Virus record (IMG/VR): IMGVR_UViG_3300045988_107835
Location: 21,458 to 85,457 of that record
Strand: one strand, 5' to 3'
DNA from: a virus
DNA length: 64,000 bases
Below, piece after piece: positions 1 to 8,428 of this stretch. Position 1 is the stretch's first letter. Each line of letters begins with the position of its first letter. Under the pieces are notes generated by a model. The model saw only the letters and a program-made list of their open reading frames with translations, searched no databases and was not told where the DNA came from. Both the position numbers and the translations under genes were made by a program.

Positions 1-11
1 GCGGTGATACG

Positions 12-1976
12 GTGATAACCAGATTTTCGTTAAAGAGAAAATTTCCTGTTTTTTATAATAGTGCTTTTGGTATTGGAGATATGATACCTTTCCCTTACAT
101 GGATTATAGAAATGTAGGATATCCAAGATATTTTGTTAATTATGATACAGGGGAAGATGCGCTTGAAACCACGGATAACGAACGTTTCAATAGTTGGGCA
201 TCGTCTAATAAAGGAAAATATGCTTTTTACCCAAATAGGAAGAGCTTGTATGAATTGAATGGTGACACCTCCGGTAAGTATGTAGATGGCAAATTTTATA
301 CATGGTTCTATGGTATTCCTCAGTTCCTTGTAGAGTCTGAAATAAATTGTAATTTCAGATTGGAGGGCCCTCAGCCTCATGAATTATTCTATCCAAAAGT
401 AGGAGATTTTGTTTGGTGGACACAAGAAAAGAACGTATCTATCCATAGGGACAATGATTACAAGATAAGTCCTATCTACTCATCAAGAATGACATTGACA
501 CCTAATGTATTGCCGGCAACATACGAACGTCGTTTTTATGATTGTGCTTACCAGCGACCTAATGGTGTTATATGGAGTAGGGCTGACGTATCTGAAAACA
601 GTCAAACAGATCCGTGGCTAACGTACAAGCCTATGGACTATCATGAGTTCCCAACCAGCAACGGGAAGCTTATTCACATGAAGCGTATTGAATCCGATCA
701 GATTCTTGTCAGGTTCGAGGATCAGGTTTCACTCCATAACGCCATAGACGTAATCAAGGAGCGCACCTCCCCTGGGCAGGCTGAGATGGGCACCGGCGGT
801 CTGTTCGCGTCCCGGCCTCTGGAGTACAACACGACCGACCTCGGTTATTCTGGAACCCAGAGTACTGAAATAATTAGTTCAGAATTTGGTCACTTCTGGG
901 TAGATACTAAAAGAGCACAGGTGTTTATGACCGATCCGAACGGACGTAATCTCAAGGAACTTAGTGTAGGTATCAGACATTGGCTCAAGCGTCATCTTCC
1001 GTTTAAGATTCTTAGATACGGAATAACTAATATCTTAACCGGTACAGAGATGACAGAAGAAGATACAGACAATAAATTTATCGGTCTTGGTCTGTCTCTT
1101 GGATGGGATAACAGGTATAAGAGGGTACTTATCACGAAAAAAGATTATATACCTGTTAAGAACCCGGCATATTACAAATATGATGGTGGAAGGTTCTTGT
1201 ACAATGAAACAGAGGTGCTGTCAAACGATAAGGAAATATCTTTAAAAGACGAACAGTATTTTAAAGACGTGTCGTTTACTATCGGATATTCGTGTCTGAA
1301 GCAAGAATGGATTTCTTATTATTCGTTCTGTCCTGACTATTATATAGAACAGCAACAATATTTCCAGACAGGTATAAACTTCCCGGCATCAGACGAAGAA
1401 GGTGGCTTATGGAGTCATTTGCTGACGAATAAGAGCTTCCAGACATTTTACGGAACAACATATCCATTTATATTAGAAGTGCCGATAAAAGAGAAATATA
1501 ATGGCTCTACGCTGGCTTCTGTAGAATACGAGCTTGATGCAAGGAAATACGTAGATGATGTGAATTACACTCTTGACAGGAAAGTAGGTTTAGATACGAT
1601 AACTATCTACAACGACACAAACAACTCAGGCGAAATTCATCTTGTTCCAGAAGAAAAGAATGATTTAGCACAACGTATATCATATCCGAAGATCGTAGGT
1701 GACCATACTGAGGTCCTGGATACTGAGGTATATAGAAGACATAAGTTAAATGACTTCTTCAACAGGGTTGACGATGACCGATCTGAAACACCTATCTGGA
1801 TCAAGGACGATAACGATATAAATAAGTCGGTTAATTCTGATGCTCTTAATTTCAGACGGTCATGGCTGGATAGGTTGCGTGGAAGTTGGATGCTGATGAG
1901 GATAAAGAAAGTAATTAGCAACCGGAAAATTATATTCCAGTGGTTGATTTCTGAAGATAAGATTAAGAATAGATAA
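12..1976 (+). CDS. virion structural protein, C-terminal 654 aa (gene start lies upstream of window)
   Basis: Long ORF open to the window edge, heading the same-strand late block; no catalytic motif recognised; beta-rich, Tyr/Asn-rich composition typical of capsid/tail proteins. Confidence 0.5.
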   Translation: MITRFSLKRKFPVFYNSAFGIGDMIPFPYMDYRNVGYPRYFVNYDTGEDALETTDNERFNSWASSNKGKYAFYPNRKSLYELNGDTSGKYVDGKFYTWFYGIPQFLVESEINCNFRLEGPQPHELFYPKVGDFVWWTQEKNVSIHRDNDYKISPIYSSRMTLTPNVLPATYERRFYDCAYQRPNGVIWSRADVSENSQTDPWLTYKPMDYHEFPTSNGKLIHMKRIESDQILVRFEDQVSLHNAIDVIKERTSPGQAEMGTGGLFASRPLEYNTTDLGYSGTQSTEIISSEFGHFWVDTKRAQVFMTDPNGRNLKELSVGIRHWLKRHLPFKILRYGITNILTGTEMTEEDTDNKFIGLGLSLGWDNRYKRVLITKKDYIPVKNPAYYKYDGGRFLYNETEVLSNDKEISLKDEQYFKDVSFTIGYSCLKQEWISYYSFCPDYYIEQQQYFQTGINFPASDEEGGLWSHLLTNKSFQTFYGTTYPFILEVPIKEKYNGSTLASVEYELDARKYVDDVNYTLDRKVGLDTITIYNDTNNSGEIHLVPEEKNDLAQRISYPKIVGDHTEVLDTEVYRRHKLNDFFNRVDDDRSETPIWIKDDNDINKSVNSDALNFRRSWLDRLRGSWMLMRIKKVISNRKIIFQWLISEDKIKNR

Positions 1977-2019
1977 TATCGTATTACCCTCTACTTTTCA
2001 ATAAGTAGAGGGTAATTTT

Positions 2020-2631
2020 TTATTCTACACATATAAATCCGTATTTTTTTATTATATGACAAATATCATTATTATCCATTCTGAACCATTCTCCACCTAC
2101 TCTTACCGAATCATATTCTTTATGTATTAATAATTCTACATTTTTATTGCATACTCCTATTATAGATAAATTAGGATTCCCGATAGATAGCGTTTTAAGT
2201 CTTTCAATAGGGTTACGGCTTTTCCCTATTTTAAATAAACCACTCGAACTATCTTTAATTATATAGGTATTAATATCACCACTGGAATTTTTATCATGCG
2301 TGACTGGGGCTGGTTTGTTACATACTGTAAGGAGTGATGCGTTTTTACCGAACAATATGGATATTACATCTATAGCATCTTCGTATATAACGGATAAAGA
2401 TTGCAGCATGATATACAAATCAACTTGTCTCATCATGTTATCATTTATAAACGTTAATACTCCAAATCCACTATCAATGAAAATAATACTTACATTTTCT
2501 CCGTACACTTTATTGAATAGGTTATATACTTTTTCATTGTCATTTTCTTCAAATTCTATTATTTTAAAATTTTTACTATTAAACGGAGAGTCGTCTTCAT
2601 TTAATAGTAAATCAACAATATATCTATCCAT
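2020..2631 (-). CDS. T5orf172 (GIY-YIG-like) domain protein, AT-rich, probable selfish/homing-type insertion
   Basis: C-terminal motif LFKIGKSRNPIERLKTLS ... GGEWF matches the T5orf172/MUG113 signature; opposite strand to its neighbours; markedly more AT-rich than flanking genes. Confidence 0.6.
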   Translation of the reverse strand: MDRYIVDLLLNEDDSPFNSKNFKIIEFEENDNEKVYNLFNKVYGENVSIIFIDSGFGVLTFINDNMMRQVDLYIMLQSLSVIYEDAIDVISILFGKNASLLTVCNKPAPVTHDKNSSGDINTYIIKDSSSGLFKIGKSRNPIERLKTLSIGNPNLSIIGVCNKNVELLIHKEYDSVRVGGEWFRMDNNDICHIIKKYGFICVE

Positions 2632-2798
2632 GTATTTATTTTTTTTATGTTATACGCAAATATACAATACAATACTTCCTATTATATTGTCTGTGTGTTA
2701 ATTTATTCAAATTAATCTATTTTAAATCATTTTAATTTGTAAATCATATTTGAATGTCTGTATTTGCATCGTAATCAAGAGAGATTATAATACAAAAA

Positions 2799-2930
2799 CA
2801 GTGGTGATGGAAGGTGATACTTCGGTTTGTGTCACAGGTTCGAGTCCTGTATTTTTCATGTAAGAAAAATTAGATCAGTTGGTAGATCAAAACCTCCTTT
2901 CATATCAAAACACCTTCCAGGTTCTCCCTG
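2799..2930 (+). ncRNA. YrlA-like (Y RNA-like) ncRNA: circularly permuted tRNA-like domain plus long 5'/3' stem
   Basis: T-arm ACAGG-TTCGAGT-CCTGT (2834-2850). Next is a perfect 7-bp acceptor-like stem ATTTTTC/GAAAAAT closed by hexaloop ATGTAA (2851-2870). Then TA and a canonical D-arm GATC-AGTTGGTA-GATC (2871-2888), with anticodon-stem pair AAACC (2890-2894)/GGTTT (2824-2828). The open anticodon-side strands continue as a long stem GGAAGGTG (2809-2816)/CACCTTCC (2911-2918) with a GATA/TATC segment and an AAAA bulge. Sits 380 nt upstream of the Ro60 gene. Confidence 0.7.
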
Positions 2931-2970
2931 TTTTAATAAAATATACAGATGGTGAGGAGTTCGGTTACTT

Positions 2971-3044
2971 CGAAAATTAGCGTAGTGGTTTAACGCAGCA
3001 TCAGGTACATTTGCTTTTCATCGGTTCGAATCCGATATTTTCAT
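2971..3044 (+). ncRNA. tRNA-like element 2 (normal order, degenerate anticodon arm), preceded by conserved 5' module 2946-2970
   Basis: Acceptor CGAAAAT/ATTTTCA (6 of 7 pairs), D-arm GCGT-AGTGGTTTA-ACGC, T-arm ATCGG-TTCGAAT-CCGAT, 73-nt canonical spacing. Anticodon stem has only 3 pairs closing an 11-nt loop TCAGGTACATT, so it is probably not a decoding tRNA. Confidence 0.5.
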
Positions 3045-3117
3045 TTTAGATCCGGCTCCGCTTTTCCTCTGTTTGGAAGACATAAGAAACTAATGAGTGG
3101 TGATGGGGTTAGTTACT

Positions 3118-3191
3118 TCGAATTTAGCTCAGATGGATAGAGCGATACTCTTTTAAAGTATAGGTCGATGGTTCAAATCCATTATTTCATT
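3118..3191 (+). tRNA. tRNA-like element 3: perfect D-, anticodon- and T-arms with UUU (Lys) anticodon loop CTTTTAA, but poorly paired acceptor stem; possible pseudo-tRNA or Y-RNA module
   Basis: D-arm GCTC-AGATGGATA-GAGC, anticodon arm ATACT-CTTTTAA-AGTAT, variable AGGTC, T-arm GATGG-TTCAAAT-CCATT. Acceptor strands TCGAATT/ATTTCAT pair at only 4 of 7 positions. Preceded by conserved module 3094-3117. Confidence 0.45.
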
Positions 3192-3250
3192 GTTTACACT
3201 AACTTCAGCTTTTCCCTCATTGAGTATTCATTTTGATATATTTTTTTTCA

Positions 3251-3281
3251 AGCAGTGGTAGTAATATCACTGCTTTTTTTG
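3251..3281 (+). terminator. rho-independent terminator after tRNA-like cluster
   Basis: Stem AGCAGTG/CACTGCT with 10-nt loop followed by TTTTTTT. Confidence 0.55.
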
Positions 3282-3306
3282 TATAACACTTTAAAGAAAA
3301 CAACAA

Positions 3307-4941
3307 ATGGGAAAGTTTAACAAAAAGGATGAAGGTGTTAAACCTACGATCGTGAATCAAATGGGCGAGAAGGCGTATAAGCCTAACGCAGAAGAAGAGT
3401 TGGTATCTACGGTAATGACTACCATGTTATCTGATTCTTATTATGAGAAAGAAAAAGATAAAGTAGAAAGAATTAAGAACCTTATGGATCAGGTGGATCC
3501 GTATTTTGCAGCACAAACAGCATTGTATGTTAGGAAAGAAGGAAAGCTTAGGTCAGTAACGCATCTTATGGCTTCTGTCATTGCCAGCAAAGCATCGGGT
3601 AAGGAATGGGCTTCAAGGTTCTATAACAAGATCATTATGCGTCCTGATGATATGAGTGAAATTCTTGGCTGCTATGCGGCTCTTAACGACAAAAATCCAA
3701 AGAAGTTAAGAGGTATATCCAGTGCTATTAAGAAAGGATTCAAGACGGCTTTGGAAGGTCTTGATCCGTACCGGATTGATAAGTATAAGATGGACAGTAG
3801 GGTCATTACTATGGTTGACTTAGTAAACTTATTTCACCCTAAAGGCAATCAGGCTAATAAAATGGCTTTCCAGTACCTTATAGAAGGTCGGTCTTTGTCT
3901 GGATTATACGAAAGCAAGATTCTTGAAAAAGAGATGTCTAAAGCCGGACAGGATAAGAAAGACAATAAGGAAAAGGAAGAAGCTTTAGGTGACGCTATTC
4001 GGGACGTGGTTTCTAATGTAAAAGGCATGCCTATTTTTAATATGGTTCGTAACCTTGTAAACATAATCAAATACGCGCCTGATCAAATAGATGAAGTTTG
4101 TAGGCAGCTTACAATAGAAGAGAAGGTACTTAATTCGAAGATGCTTCCTTTCCGTTTTGCTTCAGCTTTCAAAGAGGTTGAAAATATGGGCACTGATGGT
4201 TCCGATAATGATATTGTATTTGAGTCGGATAAAAAACGAGCTAAATTAACAGCGCGTAATAAATATAAGATTTTAGATGCGTTGGAGAAAGCCATAACCA
4301 TCTCCTGCAAGAACCTGCCGGTATTGGAGGGGCGGTCGGCTATCCTGATTGACCACTCTGGCTCTGTACGTGGAGATATGGGAGGATCTTCTGAGGTGTC
4401 TGCCTTTAGCAAAACAAGTACGGCTGTCATTGGCAACTTGTTTGGCTGTATGATTGCTTCTGTGCTTCCTGACGTATTTATTGGTATGTTTGGTGACAAA
4501 CTTATCAATTACGAATATGATAGAAGTAAAGGTGTTTTATGGAATAACAAAAAATCTTTTACTGCCGGAGGAGAATGCGGTGGTGCCACTGAAAACGGTC
4601 TTTTTGCATTCTTGGATAAGTGCGTTAAAGATAAGATCAAAGTAGATAACTTGTACGTTATTTCAGATATGCAGATAGGAGACGGTGAATCTGTTGTATG
4701 GGAGAAAAGTTCCAGTTATGGATATGGCAAATTCGCCGAACTTTTGAAAGGGTTCAAGAAAGTGAATCCAAATTGCAAAATCGTTTCTATTTCTATTCAA
4801 GGATATGGAAGTGAGATGTTTTACAGAGGATCTAATATCTTGAACATAGCTGGCTGGTCAGAATCTATCTTCGATGTTATTAACAGCAAGTTCTGCGGAT
4901 ATAAGAATATGATTGATGAAATTAAGAAGATTAAGATTTAA
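3307..4941 (+). CDS. rsr: Ro60/Rsr orthologue: TROVE domain plus C-terminal von Willebrand A (MIDAS) domain
   Basis: 544 aa. N-terminal VNQM...DSYYEKEKDK parallels human Ro60 VNQM...GTYYIKEQK; LPFRFASAF matches the Ro60 HPFHILIAL segment. vWA MIDAS: ILIDHSGSV (DxSxS), AGGECGGATENG, LYVISDMQIGDG, GWSESIFDVINSKF, collinear with Ro60 LLAVDVSASM / AGGTDCS / VFTDNE / GFDTGALDVIRNF. Confidence 0.85.
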   Translation: MGKFNKKDEGVKPTIVNQMGEKAYKPNAEEELVSTVMTTMLSDSYYEKEKDKVERIKNLMDQVDPYFAAQTALYVRKEGKLRSVTHLMASVIASKASGKEWASRFYNKIIMRPDDMSEILGCYAALNDKNPKKLRGISSAIKKGFKTALEGLDPYRIDKYKMDSRVITMVDLVNLFHPKGNQANKMAFQYLIEGRSLSGLYESKILEKEMSKAGQDKKDNKEKEEALGDAIRDVVSNVKGMPIFNMVRNLVNIIKYAPDQIDEVCRQLTIEEKVLNSKMLPFRFASAFKEVENMGTDGSDNDIVFESDKKRAKLTARNKYKILDALEKAITISCKNLPVLEGRSAILIDHSGSVRGDMGGSSEVSAFSKTSTAVIGNLFGCMIASVLPDVFIGMFGDKLINYEYDRSKGVLWNNKKSFTAGGECGGATENGLFAFLDKCVKDKIKVDNLYVISDMQIGDGESVVWEKSSSYGYGKFAELLKGFKKVNPNCKIVSISIQGYGSEMFYRGSNILNIAGWSESIFDVINSKFCGYKNMIDEIKKIKI

Positions 4942-4986
4942 ATCTTACATTCGTACTGTTTTCATAAGAAGAGATTTATCATAACA

Positions 4987-5027
4987 AGCCGGAGAATGAA
5001 TGGTGGCATTCTTCGGCTATTTTGTTT
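4987..5027 (+). terminator. candidate terminator after Ro60 gene
   Basis: Nested hairpin AGCCG...(GAATG gtggc CATTC)...CGGCT followed by ATTTTGTTT. Confidence 0.4.
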
Positions 5028-5034
5028 ACATTTG
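5027..5034 (+). promoter_or_regulatory. candidate -7 box TACATTTG (Bacteroidota-type TAnnTTTG) 13 nt upstream of ATG 5047
   Basis: Exact TAnnTTTG match; no clear -33 TTTG. Confidence 0.3.
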
Positions 5035-5046
5035 TTGAAAAAAAGA

Positions 5047-5466
5047 ATGAAAGAAAAAGAATTTGATTTTGTGATATATCCACTAAAGTTGATTATCACC
5101 ATAGGGTTAGATTACAAAACATTGTGTGATCGTTTTGAGAATGCAGAATTGGATCATGAAGGAGAATGGGGAGATGAAGGCGATTTAGATTCAGAAGTCT
5201 CTTTTATGAATCTTGTTCGTGATAAGGGGGATGATAGAGCTTTTAAGTTATTATGGAATTTTCAAAGTGAGAATGATATGACTATACAAAACATATGTCA
5301 TGAATCATTTCATGCAGCTATGTCGGTATGCCAACATTGTAATATGTCTCTTGGCTTTAAGGTGGGAGAAGATGAACACGCAGCTTACATAGCCGGATTT
5401 GTTGGTAATTGCGCAGATGAAATGTTTGGATTCTTAGAGGAAGAAAAAGATGGCAAAGAAGAGTAA
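5047..5466 (+). CDS. small acidic protein with HExxH motif (possible mini zinc metallopeptidase-like)
   Basis: Internal ATG of ORF 4996-5466 placed after the -7 box; motif CHESFHAAM plus downstream EDEHAAY; acidic tail. Confidence 0.4.
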   Translation: MKEKEFDFVIYPLKLIITIGLDYKTLCDRFENAELDHEGEWGDEGDLDSEVSFMNLVRDKGDDRAFKLLWNFQSENDMTIQNICHESFHAAMSVCQHCNMSLGFKVGEDEHAAYIAGFVGNCADEMFGFLEEEKDGKEE

Positions 5467-7705
5467 GTCAGATTGGAAACCTTCAGAAAATATTCTTAAA
5501 TATTTGAAGTCGTGGGAAAAATTTAGGTCAAAACCGTATGACGATGGTGAAGGAAATATTACTGTCGGATACGGATTTAACTTGCCTCACCTTCTTAAAA
5601 AATACAAGAAGGGCATAACGGAAGAGCAAGCAGACAAAGAATTTGCAGGCGTAGTAAATACGTTCGTTCCTGAGTTTAGGAAACTTACTCCAAACTTTGA
5701 TAATCTAAACAATAATCAGCGTGATGCTCTTTTTAGCTTGTATTACAATGCCGGTGCTGATACTTATATGAAAAGTCCTATGCTATTCAAATATCTTAAA
5801 GAAGGAGATTTTGATAAGGCGGTTGAGGAAATAAATCATGACGAATGGAAAGACGACATGGATGGCCAGAAGAAGCGCCGGGCCTTCGAGCGCCGGGTGT
5901 TCTCTACGCCGACATACCAGCCTTGGACGGTGGATGACGACAGTAACTACGTCCTGGTTGAAAACGAGCCCGTAGAGGACAAATCTGTAGGAGAAGGTAC
6001 TGATGGTCCAAAATACGAAGACGCTCGCCATGTGGAAGCTAAATATGATTATACAGGTTATGTGGGTAGAGGATATGACGGAAATAAGGTCAGGGTATCT
6101 GATTCGAATATGAAATCAGTTGGTATATCCAATAACGCTGATCCTGATAAGTGGTATGAATCCGTTAATCCAATATTAGACACTGATCCTATTAGTTTAA
6201 TTGCCGATTTTATTCCTACTATGAAACGTATGTTGGATCCTAATAGAGAGCGATCGGGGGAAGATACAGCCACGGATTTTGAAGAAAAAATGTGGAAAGC
6301 TTACACGGATGGAGATATAAGTAGATTGCCGGCAAGCAAGTATCGTTTTGATGACGATGATGATGGCGCTCAGTATGTAGGATTGCCTCAAGAACAAGCT
6401 ATTTTGATACAATCTTTATTAGATAAAGAGTATATGAACAACATGCTTGACGAGGCATATAAGGATGCTGATAAAAAAAGTAAACGAAAAATAATAGATT
6501 ATAAGAAGGTCCTTGATAAACTAAATAAAAATATATTTGAAAATCCAGGAAAATGGATTTTAGTAAATGAAGGTGTAAGTCCATTTAGAGAAGAAGTATA
6601 TGGTGACAATTTTGAAAAAGTAAACGAAGCTTCCGGATTAGGTGCGTTGAAGAATTTCAGTGTAAGATGGGATCCTGATGCTGGTATGTTGGATGTTAAG
6701 GATGATTATGATTTTAGTCGAAAGAAAATAGCGGAAGACATCGTACCTGAAAGGGATGTCCCTCTTAGAATAAGGGAACGTATCAAATACGATCCTAAGA
6801 AAGGTAGTGTGCTTCGAAATAATGACAAGGCTTTACCTAAAAGGTTTGTAAGGAAATACGAAGAAGGTGGTGTTGTAAATAAACAACGTGAAGCATACGA
6901 ATACTTTACTAATAAGAGAGGCATGTCTAAGATACAAGCGCTCGCCATCATAGGTAATCTTATGGCTGAATCCGGTCTTAAAGATGACATATACGGAGAC
7001 AACAGAACATCATACGGCATACAACAATGGCATAATGAGCGCATGGATAAGTTATTCAAGCACGCCAGAAAAAAAGGTCATTCTACACCCACATTCAAAG
7101 ACCAACTTGAGTTCTTGGCTGACGAATACGAAGGAAAGACCGGATATTCTAATTTCTTATACACAAGAAAAGGAAAAGAAGGACCAGGGTATTACAACTA
7201 CAGCCGGCAGGATTTTATGAACGCCGATAACCTTAAGGATGCTGTAGTAGCTTGGAACCAAGGAGCAGGACGTCCTCATAAGAGTGTTATAAGAAATGAT
7301 GACCGTTATAATTATGCTATGGAGGTTGCTAAAAATCTTGGTTTGGAAATTGAAGAAAATTCCGTATCCTCGTATGGTCAAATGGGATTCGGAGATGATG
7401 CTGAAATAGCAGCATCGGTAACACTTCCAGAGGTAGAAGTGGTAGCCGCCCTTCCTAACCCGGAAGTCCCGTCCCAGGAGAGACAGTCCGAGGAAGAGAG
7501 ATTCCGTACATGGACTGAAACGTGTGGTAAGGACATCATAAATCATTTACTGACGTTAGACGGGAAAAAGGATGGTGATGACAGTGATTACAGCATGATG
7601 TATAAACAGCATGAAAAAGAAAGCGAAGAGGATAAGAAAATGGCTTTGATTAATGCCGTGCTTCCCAATATTCAGCTTCGCATTAAAGGCGTCACTGATA
7701 ATTAG
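5450..7705 (+). CDS. multidomain peptidoglycan hydrolase: N-terminal GH24 (T4-type) lysozyme plus C-terminal second lytic-like domain; probable virion-associated lysin
   Basis: SWEKFRSKPYDDGEGNITVGYGFN matches the GH24 lysozyme catalytic motif (E...D...T-x-GYG); C-terminal region IIGNLMAESGL...YGIQQWH resembles transglycosylase/glucosaminidase motifs; 751 aa. Confidence 0.75.
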   Translation: MAKKSKSDWKPSENILKYLKSWEKFRSKPYDDGEGNITVGYGFNLPHLLKKYKKGITEEQADKEFAGVVNTFVPEFRKLTPNFDNLNNNQRDALFSLYYNAGADTYMKSPMLFKYLKEGDFDKAVEEINHDEWKDDMDGQKKRRAFERRVFSTPTYQPWTVDDDSNYVLVENEPVEDKSVGEGTDGPKYEDARHVEAKYDYTGYVGRGYDGNKVRVSDSNMKSVGISNNADPDKWYESVNPILDTDPISLIADFIPTMKRMLDPNRERSGEDTATDFEEKMWKAYTDGDISRLPASKYRFDDDDDGAQYVGLPQEQAILIQSLLDKEYMNNMLDEAYKDADKKSKRKIIDYKKVLDKLNKNIFENPGKWILVNEGVSPFREEVYGDNFEKVNEASGLGALKNFSVRWDPDAGMLDVKDDYDFSRKKIAEDIVPERDVPLRIRERIKYDPKKGSVLRNNDKALPKRFVRKYEEGGVVNKQREAYEYFTNKRGMSKIQALAIIGNLMAESGLKDDIYGDNRTSYGIQQWHNERMDKLFKHARKKGHSTPTFKDQLEFLADEYEGKTGYSNFLYTRKGKEGPGYYNYSRQDFMNADNLKDAVVAWNQGAGRPHKSVIRNDDRYNYAMEVAKNLGLEIEENSVSSYGQMGFGDDAEIAASVTLPEVEVVAALPNPEVPSQERQSEEERFRTWTETCGKDIINHLLTLDGKKDGDDSDYSMMYKQHEKESEEDKKMALINAVLPNIQLRIKGVTDN

Positions 7706-7738
7706 AACAATTGTTTTATTTCTCATATTAATAAAGCG

Positions 7739-7809
7739 AAGCCGGATTTGAGACTTGTTATGCGGATACCGAAGGTTGAAGAACGATATCAAGATAATCC
7801 GGCTTTTTT
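7739..7809 (+). terminator. long-loop intrinsic terminator after lysin gene
   Basis: AAGCCGGATT (7739-7748) pairs with AATCCGGCTT (7796-7805), enclosing a 47-nt loop, then TTTTTT. Confidence 0.5.
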
Positions 7810-7972
7810 GTGCGATTTCGTGAAGGATGGAACTATCATCGCCTTGGTTTAACAGAACAGACCTACGTACCTCCACTGTCCTGACGGGCATGGACGCCCG
7901 TCTCGCCTACCAGTCTGCCTAATTCTCCACTGGCTACCTAATATAACTATTAACGTCACTCCATCACCTATC

Positions 7973-8133
7973 TCCCTTCAGTCGATAGGTTCAGTCGTTT
8001 TTAAATATTATAAGTTCTTTCGCATCGTTCCCTTCGGTCACGATACTCAATCTTTTAACACAATTAGGCGAACAATACAATGACGGAAAAAGTAATTTGT
8101 CAATCCGTTCACTCACTTAACTCCCTTCGGTCG
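7973..8133 (+). repeat. three direct copies of 12-mer TCCCTTC(A/G)GTC(G/A) in an ORF-free region
   Basis: Copies at 7973-7984, 8029-8040 and 8122-8133. Copy A is followed by duplicated TCAGTCG and TTTTT; copy C is embedded in the hairpin CTTAAC...GTTAAG. Confidence 0.5.
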
Positions 8134-8362
8134 TTAAGTTCATTCACTGTAAACAATTATATGAATAAATGGTAAAGTATATAAAATAATATAAATAATA
8201 TAATGAGTAAGATCATTGAAAATGGTCTTAATATTAAGGAAAACGGAGACTATTCATAGGCGTAGTTTTAATTCAAGATTTGTTGTCCCACCCCTGACGG
8301 TCAGACGGTTACGTTCAGGGTCATTTTCCCGTCTCTTATCCAAACCGTCATAAAATAAAAAA

Positions 8363-8412
8363 CCTTGTATCCTATTTCTCTCAAACCGGATACAAGGCAG
8401 TGCATTTTTTTC
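8363..8412 (+). terminator. rho-independent terminator closing the ORF-free 7.7-8.4 kb region
   Basis: CCTTGTATCC/GGATACAAGG 10-bp stem, 15-nt loop, then CAGTGCATTTTTTT. Confidence 0.6.
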
Positions 8413-8428
8413 TTTTTATGTAAAATCA

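Noticed and set aside
2300-2701. Plus-strand ORF 2300-2701 (133 aa)
   Set aside because: It lies antisense to the T5orf172 gene and is Leu/Ser/Phe-rich low-complexity, consistent with a shadow ORF in AT-rich DNA.
2799-2930. Reading element 1 as a conventional tRNA gene
   Set aside because: Only 25 nt precede the T-arm, so no D or anticodon arm fits in canonical order. The D-arm and the closed acceptor stem lie 3' of the T-arm, so it is a permuted tRNA-like RNA.
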